DNA of 54,534 nucleotides from Octopus bimaculoides (taxonomy: Eukaryota): NCBI RefSeq assembly GCF_001194135.2, contig NC_068984.1, forward strand, positions 2,589,095 to 2,643,628, given 5' to 3'. The notes below the pieces were generated by a model that was not told the DNA's origin, did no database searches, and saw nothing but the letters and a program-made list of their open reading frames with translations. Position 1 is the first letter of the stretch. Every line of letters begins with the position of its first letter. Positions 1 to 13,713 of the stretch are shown here, in pieces. A program made the translations under genes and the position numbers.

Positions 1-310
1 CTGTCCCCTCCTCCTCCCCTGTCCCCTCCTCTCCTCCCCTCCCCGCCCCTCCTCCTTATATAAGTGTGAGTGTAAGTGCGTATCTAATTATGCAAATTTG
101 CGGGTATGTACGTGTATAGGTCTATGTGTATGTGTATGTGTAAGTTCTTGTGTATGTATGTAGACTCATGCGTATATATAAATGTAATTTCATATATACG
201 TAGGTTTCCGTGTATGTAGGCAGCGTGCGTGTACGCAGGTTTTTAAGTTTATCTAAGTAAGTATGTAGACTTGCGTATATGTATGAGTGTACGTTGCTGT
301 AAATACATGC

Positions 311-342
<32 letters not shown>

Positions 343-960
343 GTTCTTTTCCATTTTTAATTATTCCAATTCTTCCTGTTTTAACAAACATAGAAAGCTT
401 CATCTTTAAAATGTAGATAACAAAGACATTACCACATTTAGAACTTGAGAAAAGTCTTGCATACTTTTACTGTATCACTTACACATTGTATTCATTATGT
501 GCGAGTTAGCTGGTTAATTCTTTTTTTTTTTCTTAAAAGCCTATCGCTTCCAGATTCTGATTTAGGTATTTACTCACAAATCCAAATGCAACAATTATTA
601 TTGGTATGATTGTGAATTTATTATCTGGGTATAGAAGCTAAGGTTTTCGAAGTAACTGTCCGTAGCCCTCTACTTCCATTATCTATTTTAATCTGTTGCA
701 TATAACTGCTTTATATTCAGCCAGGCGGCTAATTGCAACATCAGTAAGATTTCGATTACTCTTTTCCTACATCGGTGGTGACAGATTTTGTGTAATCCAT
801 TGGATGGCAGTGAGTATATATTACTGACGAAACCTAACCAGGCAGACGGTGCGCATTTAGCCCTATCACTTGCCGTTACTGAATGATTTTCGTCTGCAAC
901 CGAAATGGTTTGTGTCTTTAAACACGGCGTATCAATTATATTATATGGTAAGTGATAAAG

Positions 961-1255
961 CCCCCTTCGGCCTCGAATGACCATTGCTCTTAGAAAGTTC
1001 TCCTCTGAGGCACAAGTCCAGGCAAGGTTGTTTATGGAAGACCAGCAGTCTCCCATGCATACCAGCCTCTTCTTTCCATGCTGCCGATGTTATCCAAGGG
1101 AAAGGCAAAGCTCGATACCACTTGGAACCAGTGACTTTGTAACTCATTTCTACAGATGAGAGATCTGGAGCAACGTGAAATAAGATGTCTTGCTCAAAGT
1201 ACACAACACACAGCCCGGTTCAGGAATCGAACTCACAACCTCACGATTCAAAGGC
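961..1255 (-). mobile_element. tRNA-headed CORE-type SINE, 5'-truncated
   Basis: Minus strand has B-box GTTCGATTCC (1223-1232), followed by TTTGAGCAAGACA-TCTTATTTCACGTTGCTCCAG...CTCATCTGTAGAAATGAG, which resembles the CORE domain. It shares sequence with 36370-36572. Family assignment (octopus OR2-like CORE-SINE) is from memory. Confidence 0.7.
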
Positions 1256-1290
1256 TGTGAATAGTTTCCAGCACATTTATAAAGAGAAGG

Positions 1291-1336
1291 TCTTACAGCT
1301 GTTTCCGGGATATTTTATATATTCCTTCATCAGAGA
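1291..1336 (-). ncRNA. Degenerate minimal type I hammerhead ribozyme motif in a probable Penelope-like repeat
   Basis: Minus strand reads TCT-CTGATGA-A-GGAATAT-ataaa-ATATCCC-G-GAAA-C-AGCT-G-T-A-AGA. Core CUGAUGA/GAAA, helix II with one mismatch, palindromic helix III (ACAGCTGT), GUA triplet, 3-bp helix I. Confidence 0.55.
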
Positions 1337-2305
1337 TGGTGCGAGAAAATGTTTAAGTAATAGCTATTCTAGAGAAGATATGAAACACAGAGTGAAGTGG
1401 AGAGATGAAAACAGACGTGAGATACGTAAGGATATTGTATGTGCAGTTCCATTATTTAATCAGAATGATATACATATCTTTCCTGTACCTTGTGTGTGAG
1501 TTTCAATGGTGTTTATAATTGGTCATTCCGAGCATAGAATCTTATAAACAGTGTTATTCGATTCCTGTGCAGATATGTATACATGTTACTGAAATATATA
1601 AATTAAAGATGATAAAGGAAAATCGAAACATGCACATGTATGAAAACATGTTGCAGCACACATAATACATGCATACATAAGTACATACATACACACACAT
1701 AGATACATACATATTTACAGAGCACATTTTATATAAAAACATGCACAGAGGTGAAACTGATATAGCAAACTAGTTTGACAAATTTTGTCTTTAAGACGGA
1801 AATTATTGGCTTCGCAAAAAAATATAAGCCCATCGCTAGCGTTTGCCTTATGTATAAATGTTACACCAGCTCTCTCAACTCTCTCGATCAGGATGATTTT
1901 AAGGTCAACAACATGGTTCATGATGAGGAGACAGGCGGAAGGAACAGAGTCGGGGATGCATGAAACAATATTAAATAAATCAAGTTTTGGTGTGGGAAAT
2001 GTTGTGACAGTTTGACTTGATAGCAGAAAGTTATTAAGTTCTGCTCCTGACTCATACCACTGAAGTCACCGCTGTCTGGTCAAACTACAACACTCCTTTA
2101 ATTGCGGCCATTGTAAGACTCACAAAGGTTTGGTCTACAAATGTCACACTCGTAATTGGAAGTGGAATCATTGTCTCCGATGTTATGAATATTTTAAAGA
2201 GAAAATTCCAAGGAGAATGTCTGTTATTGCTTTCATTTGCTTTGGTAGTAAATGTAATGAAATTTCTGAAACATAGTTCCAGTGGTGACATACTAGGGTC
2301 TAAAA

Positions 2306-2582
2306 CAGAGGTTTTCAAACTTTTTGCCCCCCCCCCCGCCTCATGGCCACATAATACCCTCGGCGCCCCATCCCTATTTTTATGTATAAATAAATATTTT
2401 ATATTTTACTCATTTATATATACTATGAAACATTTGATATTTAATATAATATTATATATTCTGTATACAATACAATAATAATATTATAATAAATTCATTT
2501 TTCCTCTACCGCCCACCACCACTCCCTAGGACAGTCTCAACGTCCACTAGCGACGGTATCGCCCACTTCTAAAACAACCAGA
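2306..2582. mobile_element. Decayed hAT-like MITE
   Basis: Left end CAGAGGTTTTCAAAC after GTCTAAAA. Right end ..GGTATCGCCCACTTCTAAAACAACC is a degraded match to the hAT/Charlie-type terminus. No clear TSD. Confidence 0.35.
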
Positions 2583-2778
2583 GACACTAATATATCTCTT
2601 GAATGTCTCTTGGACGGTCTATAAATCTATATTAAGCAAATGCATTACTGAGGAATGTGTGCCTGGAAATAAGATTTTCCTGAGAGAGATAGAGTTTGGT
2701 CGAAAGAATTGTTCAGATTTGACGATTGAATTTAGTAAAATGACCTTTTTTCCAGACCCCCAAGTATTAAATCCATGA

Positions 2779-2910
<132 letters not shown>

Positions 2911-3039
2911 TTTCTGTCTCTCTCCTATTCTACACCACAACTGCTACAACTACCTAGGTATTGATAAAAATATATCATACAAAAGAGCTGCAAACGAAGA
3001 CTGAGTAAGCAAAGAATATTACACCAGACTGGAAAATAT

Positions 3040-4170
3040 AACTGTGAGGTTTTCCCCCTTGTAAGACACTGTCCCACAATGTATTTGAAGTAGTTGAGCT
3101 GGTCCTAACGTTTGGGGATACTAGACTGACCTATAAGGATGTAAACTTCCAACGAAGCAAAAAATATTGGCAGACTCTGTTTGAGAAGGTAAGATGGAGG
3201 AAAGAGCTGAAGATGAGTGCAGACAGTCTTTGAGTGTCATCGCACAGACAGCATCTGCTAAACTACGGCAGCAAAAATAGATACATGAGACAGTGTTCAC
3301 ATGTCAAGAGAATACCATCTTACAAGTCGATAGGGAATTCCTCAAAAAGGATTTACGTCAAAATGGCTTTCCATACAATCCTAGACTTATCTTCCATAAA
3401 GACTTGAAGAATCATCCCGCGTAATATGAATTTTTCATCAATTTGAGAATGATTCTATCGTTAGCATAAAGTAATCTTTTGGTTTTGTGACTGTCACATC
3501 ACATCAAATCTCCAAAGGTAGGTTTCACGATCCAAGAGTACGAGATAGCTAGAAAATACTCAATGCAAAAGAGAGAGTAAAGTCCTTAGGTAACTAATAT
3601 ACGACTGAAAATGTGATTTATGTCATATTTATTATGTGGAATCAGCAGCTATTCCAAAATTTAGTGAAGCGACTAAGTTCCAATGCAACCTGATACGTAT
3701 TGGTGGCGAAACAATATACACTGAGATCGTAACAAATATCAGATAAACACAAAGAAATCTTTTGTTATTAAATATATATCAACATAGGTAATATTGGTGG
3801 AATAATTCTATTAAAACTTCCATCAAGTTCAAACAGACCTGATTGTTTGGGGTAGAAAAGAAAAAAAAACATTTACTGTCATAGAAATCAACCGCCCTGA
3901 AGATGAGAACATTTCAAAATCAGCGAGGAGAAGATTTAGTGAGAACCATTTCGAAACCTGCAGTTTTTCTACTCAGATTATAAATTCCCATTTATACCAA
4001 TAGTTATTGGTGCACTTGTTTAGGTTAGTAAATGCTTATGCGACAATCGCAAACAGTTCCGATTCTCAGGCAAAGAAAGCTATCAGCTGACAACTTTACA
4101 AATACAGTCTAGAAGCGCAACACTAAAAATAGCCCGCAGCACTTTTCGATGTTGTTAACAAAATTTAGCG
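3040..4170 (+). mobile_element. Decayed R4/Dong-like (REL-endonuclease) non-LTR retrotransposon, 3' part
   Basis: Manual translation across stops and frameshifts gives RT-thumb-like FGILD and RLCLRR*DGG (about 3110-3200), a CDLCH knuckle remnant (about 3612), NRPD.IVWGRKEKKTFTVIEINRPEDENISK (3832-3920, PD..E nuclease motif) and LQFFYSDYKFPFIPIVIGAL (3958-4017). Confidence 0.8.
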
Positions 4171-4706
4171 CCGGAGTTTTGTTTCTCTTCTAGAAATGAA
4201 CTCCTTCCTTCGAGGAAGATTTTAATTAAAAAATCAGAAGGAACGGTAACATTTACAGTCATACACAACACTGTATGATTTGAGGGGAAAAGATAAGAAG
4301 TCGTGTGGAGAAAGAGATACAAATTGTATGTGTGTTTATGTCTGTCATGTGCGAGTATCTGAGTCTGTGTTCGTATATGTGTACCTGTGTGTGCATGTGA
4401 GTCTGTGTGTGTGTGTGTGTGTGTGGAGAGAGAGAAAGAGAAAAATAGAAGTGTGTGTTTATGTGAATTTGTGTGTGCGTAGGTGTTTGGTCATCTCTTA
4501 GTTGCAACTAAAATCTTTTAACATTGACGAGGAGCAGCAATGCTAAAATCTGAATGGTAATCCGGAAATCCTTGGAGGATCCCTTGGCATAATTATATTT
4601 CTTCTCCCGTCTTTGGGCCATTGGTGGATTGTCTAACAATAGCCACCATCCACATAGAGTTGTAGGAACGAAGCTTAGAGTTGTTGACATCCAGTATGGA
4701 GAGAGA

Positions 4707-4766
<60 letters not shown>

Positions 4767-5791
4767 NNNNNNNNNNNNNNNNNNNNNNNNNNNNNNNNNN
4801 NNNNNNNNNNNNNNNNNNNNNNNNNNNNNNNNNNNNNNNNNNNNNNNNNNNNNNNNNNNNNNNNNNNNNNNNNNNNNNNNNNNNNNNNNNNNNNNNNNNN
4901 NNNNNNNNNNNNNNNNNNNNNNNNNNNNNNNNNNNNNNNNNNNNNNNNNNNNNNNNNNNNNNNNNNNNNNNNNNNNNNNNNNNNNNNNNNNNNNNNNNNN
5001 NNNNNNNNNNNNNNNNNNNNNNNNNNNNNNNNNNNNNNNNNNNNNNNNNNNNNNNNNNNNNNNNNNNNNNNNNNNNNNNNNNNNNNNNNNNNNNNNNNNN
5101 NNNNNNNNNNNNNNNNNNNNNNNNNNNNNNNNNNNNNNNNNNNNNNNNNNNNNNNNNNNNNNNNNNNNNNNNNNNNNNNNNNNNNNNNNNNNNNNNNNNN
5201 NNNNNNNNNNNNNNNNNNNNNNNNNNNNNNNNNNNNNNNNNNNNNNNNNNNNNNNNNNNNNNNNNNNNNNNNNNNNNNNNNNNNNNNNNNNNNNNNNNNN
5301 NNNNNNNNNNNNNNNNNNNNNNNNNNNNNNNNNNNNNNNNNNNNNATATATATATATATATATATATACAGAGGAAGAGAGGGAGAGAGGAGGAGATGCA
5401 AAGAGAGGGTGAGAGTGAGTGGAGGAGAGAAAGGATGGAAAAGAGAGAGAGGGGGAGAGTAAAATAGTGGAAAAAACGAGGTAAAAATGAAATAAACAAA
5501 CAAATAAAGGCGAAGAACAAATAATTATAAAAGGGAAATTAGGATTTGAATTATTTGTGCGGTGCATACACGCACACGTGCGCGTGTGTGAACGTGTGTG
5601 TCTGTGTAGCTTTATGTAGAGACACACACATATGTACATATGTGTCTGTGTGGGTATGTTGTGTGTATGTGTGTATATGTGTGTGCATATGTATTAAATT
5701 ACATGTGTGTGTGTGTGTGTACACGAATGTGCGTGTATATGTGTGTAAATGTGGATGTATTGCTTTATGTGCATACATGTATATATGTGTA

Positions 5792-5884
<93 letters not shown>

Positions 5885-7466
5885 TCCCTGGTGCTCATGT
5901 TGCGCAGAGAAGCCGAGTGAATTTAAAGTTTTATTACTTTAGAAATGAACCGAACATGGCTGAACCAGCTGGGATCACCTCAAATGTTTTATTAAAGCCA
6001 AATAATAGAGGTTCCCAGCGAAGAAAAAGATATTTGCCATAATTTAATAGCAAGGTTTCAACTGATTGTTTGATAATCTCATATTTCCTCTGGCTCCACT
6101 TTGGTATCGATCAAATTGTATGTTCAATTAATTAGACACCCCTTTCAGAATGGAGAGCCACTATCATGTAAATTACAAATATGCACAAAGTTTCACAAAA
6201 TTATGAAGGGACCACTAGAAGGTCAATCGTTAAACTTAAGCATGGCTTATGAATAGGACTAAAACCCCTCGAAAAACGCAAACATTTTTTTTAGATGATT
6301 TAAAATACAAACTAATAAACATATTGAGAGGACTCAATACTGGTCAAAATTGAGTAAAATTTATAATATATTGCGATTGGCTCCCAGTTCGAATTTGGTC
6401 TCTCGAAGCTTCAAACTGTTTTCAAATTTCACCTTTCGAGATTTGCTGTTAACACGTACACCCCACCCCACACATGTATGTGGTATGTGTATGTGCGTCG
6501 GTATGTGAGTGTATTTGTGGTAGACACCTGATTTATCATATTTATTTTATATCCTGCATTATAAACCATTTCCATGTGTCCCTCTCAGAACTGTAGTCTC
6601 TGGGAATCATTTTTGTTTTTACCAGTGGAATGTCATCAATCTACAGGATCTGAAGATCCGTTGGGTACCACCCGACCCACGCCAAGACCAATATGGCGAA
6701 GGTCTGACCCGTCATAACTACGAATCGTAGTTTAGGTTTATGATTGACAGTAACTGTACTTCTCACTCCGAGTAGGTCCAAGAAGAAACAGTCGTACAGA
6801 CTCATTGTTCTGTCGGGTATTAAGAATATCATGATGGTCATGGTGATGATGATGATGATGATGATGATGACAGTTCATTAAACAAAATATTTTGGCACAG
6901 GGAAATTTCTATGGAACTTTCTGAATACTTCAATCAGCTCCTGGAACACCCATTTTATCGGTAGAATGGTATTTACTTATTACTGTTATAAAAGTAATCC
7001 TGAGATTACAATTCTTCGCATTTTCTTAAGAATGATAATGTTTACGAATGTTTTTCGGATGTCTTTGATGATTTTGGAGAAGCGAAGTTATCATTCAGGA
7101 TTTTAGAATTTAATGGATTTCTGTTGTCAAACCTGGCAACACCAAATTTACCTGGGAAAGAAGAAAACATATTGTTCATATAACGACGATTCGTGTTTTT
7201 AACTAAAAAAGTTAAATATATTTCCCATCTTCGAAGATGATTTTAAACAATAATACATTTTTTCGAAAACATAAAATCAGAGAAATTGACGAGAAAAAAT
7301 TGGTGAGTCGTGATGTACACATTATGCATTTCCAGCTAAGATGGATTAAGGAAATAAATATTATGTAAACTCAATACAATAGCAAAAAGACACAAGGTGG
7401 GTGGAAGAGATGTTTGCTCCTGGAGAGGACGCTGGTATTTTGGATAGTGATTCTCTAGACTTTAGC

Positions 7467-7693
7467 TTTTACTTCTTTCATTCATTAGAATGCAGCCATG
7501 CTGGGGCACTCTCTGGAAGTATTTTTTAGTTGAATGAATCGACCCCAATGCCTATGCTATCGGCTTCTTTTGCCGAACCGCTAAGTTACGGGGGCTTAAA
7601 CACACCAGCATCGGTTGTCAAGTGGTAGTGGACAAACGCAGGTACACATACACACTCACACACACACACGTATATACATACATACACACACAC

Positions 7694-7757
<64 letters not shown>

Positions 7758-7929
7758 ATATATGTATATACGACGGACTTCTTTCGGTTGCAGTCTACAA
7801 GATCCACTCACAAAGATTTTGGCCAACGCAAGGTTATAGTAGAAGACAGTTGCCCAAGGTGTCAAGCAGTGGAAATGTACCCAGTACCATGTGGTTTGAA
7901 AGTAAGCTTCTCACCACACAACCACCTCC
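7467..7929 (-). mobile_element. tRNA-headed bipartite SINE with internal (CA)/(TA) microsatellite, copy 1
   Basis: Aligns by eye to 41939-42345: head ACCACATGGT.., GGGCAA.TGTCTTCTACTATA; then a microsatellite; then CTTGACAACCGATGCTGG..TTAGCGGTTCGGCAAAAG..CCAGCATGGC. Confidence 0.85.
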
Positions 7930-8707
7930 CAATTAGGCAGATCTAATCAAGGTTGATTAAACCAATGAAAGAATAAGTTTCTTCCTGGATGAGACAGTAA
8001 GGTAGTTATTATTCAACTATCTCAATCTCCAAATCTCTAGACAGACTGCTAAGTGAATTTGTGGCAAGGCGATTATTAAAAAAACAAAACAATTAAGCAA
8101 TGAATAAATAAATAAATCTTAAAAAACAGCAGACGGTAGAATTATTTATACGAATACTCGATGGAGCAATAAATATTACGAGAATCATGAAAAGCCGCGA
8201 GAATTAAAAGTTGTTACTAAATAAAAGTAAAAAAAGAAAACGAAAATTAGTGTTGGGAAAAAGATGGACTGATGAAACGTTTCAATTAATCTTTGTCGTC
8301 TTCAAATTCACTTGAAGTAAAAATCAATGAAGAATCATTTAATTTTTATATAAAAATTCACATATTACTTTAAAAAAAAAAAATCGATTGTGAAACACAA
8401 TAGCAGACTCTCAAACTTGACCTGGCCCTCCTCCGTCTTTTCCCCACGATCGATCTTTTTACACCCCCACCCAAGAAGCAATAAAAACATACAAAAAAAA
8501 CATGCATACACATATACACCTCTATACTAAACATGCATAACGTACACACACATAGAACACTTGTACACAAGCACATATAAACACACGCACACACACATAC
8601 ACACCTATGTACAACACACATTCATTTACATACAAACACATATAGAGAGATACATAGGTACGTATGTATTGAGTTCTATAAATTATCGCTTCTAGATGAG
8701 TTAGCAG

Positions 8708-8775
<68 letters not shown>

Positions 8776-9162
8776 ATACATGTGCATGTACTGATAAACA
8801 TATAGATATGTAAATACATGCATACACGCAGACACTCACACATACATACGCACGCACACACACACATGCAATGTTTTTGCAAGATGCTAGGAGACAGTGA
8901 CTTCGATGTGTCGGCTGATCGCCTTCGTCTGATAGTCCGATGATCGCTAGCTGGCTGAAACTTCGAAGTCACTCTTACTATTTCTCTTGTAAAAGTATAA
9001 TATATTCTCTACAAAGAGTGTTGAATGATTCTTCAGTTTAATGTTAAATTGTTTTTTTATGGTAACTAGTGACAAAAACAAACATTAATATACATATATA
9101 TACATACATGATATATATATACATATATGTACATATGTATATATATCATGCGTGTGTATATG

Positions 9163-9196
<34 letters not shown>

Positions 9197-9721
9197 TTGG
9201 TGTGTTAGCATAGATGCACACACAGGGACGATTATTAAAAATTAAATTCCTTACATAGATATATTGTCAAGGGAGAGAGCGATTAAGGGGTGGGGAGTAA
9301 AATCGATACTCGTCGAAGCCAATACTACTAATACTGCTGCTGCTACAACAACAACTACTACTACTACTACTACTACTTCTACTACTAGCAGTACTCCGCC
9401 TCCTCCGTTTCCTCCCTCCCTCCCCTCCCCTNNNNNNNNNNNNNNNNNNNNNNNNNNNNNNNNNNNNNNNNNNNNNNNNNNNNNNNNNNNNNNNNNNNNN
9501 NNNNNNNNNNNNNNNNNNNNNNNNNNNNNNNNNNNNNNNNNNNNNNNNNNNNNNNNNNNNNNNNNNNNNNNNNNNNNNNNNNNNNNNNNNNNNNNNNNNN
9601 NNNNNNNNNNNNNNNNNNNNNNNNNNNNNNNNNNNNNNNNNNNNNNNNNNNNNNNNNNNNNNNNNNNNNNNNNNNNNNNNNNNNNNNNNNNNNNNNNNNN
9701 NNNNNNNNNNNNNNNNNNNNN

Positions 9722-9803
<82 letters not shown>

Positions 9804-10244
9804 GTCATCGATATAAAAATACATTAAGACTTCGTGTCTCTCATTTGGTGATTTTGTTTTACGTTAGTGATTCTTCCTTCTTTTCTACATTAATTATTAA
9901 GTTTTTGCTTTATTGTAATTAAGCCCAGCGGCTCTAATCCTGGGAAAGAAAAAAAACTGTCAAGCTGTGATGTTCATGCCTTTTTCCCCCAAGTGTATTA
10001 GCAGAGTCAGTGAAGTAAAATGGCCGTCGTCAACTTCGAATTACAATACGATTACATCTTGTATCCGACTCGATGTCACACTACACTATTAATTTATTAA
10101 TTAGGCTAACCACTTGTCATTCAACGAGCTCAATAGCCAGCTAGCTGTTCCTCTATTCCCATAGGCAACCTTCATCGTTCCATGGTTCTGTCGCTCTATC
10201 CATCTCCGTTACAAACGGCGCCAGCCATCTATCTATCTCTCTTC

Positions 10245-10287
<43 letters not shown>

Positions 10288-10290
<3 letters not shown>

Positions 10291-10876
10291 ACCGTCATAG
10301 TGTCGAGCCACAAGCACATCCACCTGGTCGGCGAGATACTAAAAGAATACGAAACGGTAACGGGAGCAATAATTAACCGGGAAGTCAGTGGGCTTGCGGC
10401 TTGGCACCTGGAGAAGCAAGCCCATGCCGTCCAACAGCGTCTCTACTGTGGGACGCTGGATCGATGGACCGGTTAAATGGCTCAGAGTCTGGCTCGGTTA
10501 GGACCTCCAAATGGAGAAGAACTGGCGCGAAATAACGACTAGAGTGGTCACTTTCACCCAGCAATGGGCCGAGAGGAAGCTATCCTTAAAAGGTCGGGCG
10601 GAGGTGGAGAACGCGTACAACGAATCCGTCATCGATTACCGTCTGACCGTCGTGCCTTGTCCCGACCCTACCATCACCAAACTGGAACGCATACTCTTTC
10701 TGCTTTTTGTGGAAGGGAAGCGATGGTTAGGCGATCCATTTGCTGTCAACACCCGCTAAATGGAGTGCTAGGCATGCCGTGGTTGATGATGCGCAGACAT
10801 GCGCTGAGACTGCGACATCTCCGGCGCTTCATAGACGACGGTGTGGTCGCCGTTTGTGCGACGCGCTTTCCCGCAG
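10288..10876 (+). mobile_element. Tx1/L1-clade LINE fragment (RT C-terminus/thumb), frameshifted
   Basis: TVIVSSHKHIHLVGEILKEYETVTGAIINRE / SVGLRLGTW / DLQMEKNWREITTRV..WAERKLSLKGRAEV / VRRSICCQHPLNGVLGMPWLMMRRHALRL. The LSLKGR and GxLGMP motifs are typical of Tx1/L1. GC-rich relative to the flanks; cut off by a SINE at 10877. Confidence 0.8.
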
Positions 10877-11352
10877 CTTGTCATTTGACTGCAGCCATGC
10901 TGGAGCACCGCCTTTATTCGAACAAATCGACCCCAAGACTTATTCTTTGTAAGTCTAGCACTTATTCTATCGGTCTCTTTTGCCGAACCACTAGGTTACA
11001 TGGACCTAAACCCACCAGCATCGGTTGCCAAGTGATAGTGTGGAGGGGGGTACATAGACACAGAAACACACACACACACACACACACACANNNNNNNNNN
11101 NNNNNNNNNNNNNNNNNNNNNNNNNNNNNNNNNNNNNNNNNNNNNNNNNNNNNNNNNNNNNNNNNNNNNNNNNNNNNNNNNNCATATACGACGAGCTTCT
11201 TTCAGTTTTCGTCCACCAAATCCACTAACAAGGCTTTGGTCGGCCCGAGGCTGCAGTAGAAGACATTTGCCCAAAGTGCCACGCAGTGGGACTGAACCTG
11301 GAACCATGTGGTTGGTAAGTAAGCTTCTTACCACGCAGCCACTCCTGCGTCC
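10877..11352 (-). mobile_element. Bipartite SINE copy 2 (internal microsatellite contains a gap)
   Basis: Minus-strand head GGACGCAGGAGTGGCTGCGTGGTAAG..GGTTCCAGGTTCAGTCCC (A- and B-box-like). 3' half ends CCAGCATGGCTGCAGTCAAATGAC. Confidence 0.9.
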
Positions 11353-11369
11353 GTGCAATAAATCTGTTA

Positions 11370-11548
11370 TACTCTTAAAAAATATTTCAACAACTTTTTT
11401 TATGCAATTATTAATAATATTTACAAAAAGGTAATATGACTTTGAGACATCGAATGGCTACGGGACTCCACCCAAGTGAAATGGGAATGAAAAGGGGTCC
11501 ATTGCCGCCCCCCACCAAATAAAAGAAAAAAACCCCTGAGAACTGCTG
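11370..11548. mobile_element. Partial hAT-like MITE (right half)
   Basis: Ends in CTGAGAACTGCTG (TIR-like) and shares CATCGAATGGCT with the MITE at 34958-35218. Confidence 0.4.
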
Positions 11549-11630
11549 GTCAAGAATATTATCATTGTTGCCCTGTTTTAACCTCTACTGCTATCGCTGT
11601 CGTAAACGCTAACATCGTCACATCCATCAT

Positions 11631-11690
11631 TGTCATAAAGTCTACCACCACAGTTATGACTGTCATATAGTCTACCACCACAGTTATCAC
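11631..11690. repeat. 30-bp tandem duplication
   Basis: TGTCATA(A/T)AGTCTACCACCACAGTTAT(G/C)AC x2. Confidence 0.9.
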
Positions 11691-12725
11691 TTCTACAACC
11701 ACTGTCATAACGATCATCATCACCATCACCCCAACGGTTGTAAACTTAATACCCCCTCCCCACCGCCACCATTACAGGCAATGGCAACTGTTCCAGAGGT
11801 CATGTCTATGCAATCGGTGAACCGGCTAGACATAGCAGCTAAATCTGTCTAAGTTCTATGATCTTGCGAAAGAATGGATTGGAATGTGAGGTCCTTGTTG
11901 CAAAGCGCCTGAGACAACGACAACAACAACAACAAAAGAGAGGTGATGGTCACGGCGGGAGTACTTTTGATCATAGATTTACTTGATTACCTAGGATTCA
12001 ACAACGGACAACCTACTCGCTGTCGATTTTTTTAAGACGGGAGGACACATTAAGTAACGTAGTCCTTGATACATTATGCCTGAATAAAAGACATGGTAAG
12101 AAGAGGAAACCTCTTTGATTATAGGTTTGACCGATGAAGGCTGACCTGGGTCCTAAGCATCAGCAGCGGCAACTGCAGCAGCAGCAGCAGCAAGGAGAGC
12201 TGCAATCATGGCAGCCATGACAAAACCCACGAAACGCATAAAAATGTGTCTGAATAAGGTTTGACGTAAAAGACTAGAAAGGTAGGGGGATGGGGGGTTG
12301 GTGATGTAATGGAGGGAAAGGGGGAGGATGGGAAGTGTGAGGAGGAGGAGGGAGAGGAGGAAAGACGTGGGGGAAGACGAAGAGAGGAAGAAAAGGAAAT
12401 GAGTAAAAACATTAACAACAAAAGCAATGACTAGGAAAAAAAAAGCGCTGACTGTCTCTTACCGCCATGACACCGACACCAGCAGCAGCAGTAGCAGCAG
12501 CAGCAGTGACATCACCACTACCACCATCGACACCACTTCTAACAACAACAACAACAACAGCAGCAGCAAAAATAAAAATTATTACTATTAAAGCTGGGTT
12601 CTGTAAGTGAAGAGGAAAGCTGCTCGCTTCATTGCACACGCATAAACACATAGGAAAGAGAGGCATTGCCTGGCATACATATACACCCGCATATATGGAC
12701 AGGCACTTACACCCACACACCCACA

Positions 12726-12815
<90 letters not shown>

Positions 12816-12892
12816 CCCAAGCGCACACGCTCACACACTTACACGGTGAACAGACCTAACTCAAAACAAATGCATAATATATTCGTTTTATC

Positions 12893-13298
12893 TTGTCTTT
12901 TATTTGGGTTGCGGCCATGCTGGGGCACTGCACTGAAGGGTTTAATCGAAGAAATCGACTCCAAGACTTCTTTCTGTTTCTGGTGCTTATCCTGTCGGTA
13001 TTCTGTCGTCACTTCTAAGTTACGAGGGCGTAAACAAACCAGCATCGGTTGTCGAGCGGTAGTGGTGCGGCCAAACTAAAAAAAAAGGACACAACACGCA
13101 CATACCACACGTATATGCTTTCACGTACATACATACATACATATACAGCGGGCTTCCACCCAGTTTCTGCCTACCAAATTCACTGACAGGGCATTAATCG
13201 GCCCGTGGCCACAGTAGAAACCATTTGCCGCGCAGTGGGACTGAACCCGTAGCCATGTGCTTGCAAGCAAGCTTCTTCATCATACAGCCATGGCTGCA
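12893..13298 (-). mobile_element. Bipartite SINE copy 3 (older)
   Basis: GCGGCCATGCTGGGGCAC, ACCAGCATCGGTTGTCGAGCG, internal (CATA)n, GCAGTGGGACTGAACCC match the other copies. Confidence 0.8.
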
Positions 13299-13629
13299 GT
13301 TATATATTTTTATCTTTAATCGTTCGCCGAAGTGGCTCAAGAGCCGAAGGTTTCGCGTATAGCACTTATCAACCTAACTTCAAATAGTTTCTATTCAAAC
13401 TATGTTTACATTTGCAGATTGCATGAAGACATCTTGAAGTAGATACGAATAGGTCGGCAGGAATAGACGCGCGACCAATAGAAGTCGCGAAGGTACGCAT
13501 AGCCACAGAAACGGATAGAACACTCCATTACAAACCTGCCAACAAACATTTTTTATTGTTTTTGTTAAAAAACACACGCACTGTTTATTTGTTCTTCTCT
13601 CGTTTATTACTGTCCTTGTTGTATTTTAC

Positions 13630-13713
13630 GTCTGGAAATCTTTCGTCACACATCTGTGACTCCTTCGGTGCCCCTTTCCGTCCACATCAATTTGTGACAC
13701 AAGATTTCCAGAC
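13630..13713 (-). ncRNA. Hammerhead-like three-way junction (type III topology) with non-canonical core
   Basis: GTCTGGAAATC-T-T-GTGTC-[23 nt]-GGCAC-CGAAGGA-GTCACA-gatg-TGTGAC-GAAA-GATTTCCAGAC. Perfect 13-bp outer inverted repeat. CGAAGGA sits where CUGANGA is expected. Confidence 0.35.

Noticed and set aside
1334-1425. Exon-like segment (CAG|...|GTAAGG) with one open frame
   Set aside because: The acceptor overlaps the reverse complement of a hammerhead core (TCATCAG), so the segment is better explained as a Penelope-like repeat.
8262-8315. CTGATGAAACGTTTCA palindrome and a TTGAAGA..GAAACGTT hammerhead-like string
   Set aside because: Helices I and II do not pair convincingly on either strand. 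At most a very decayed PLE end.
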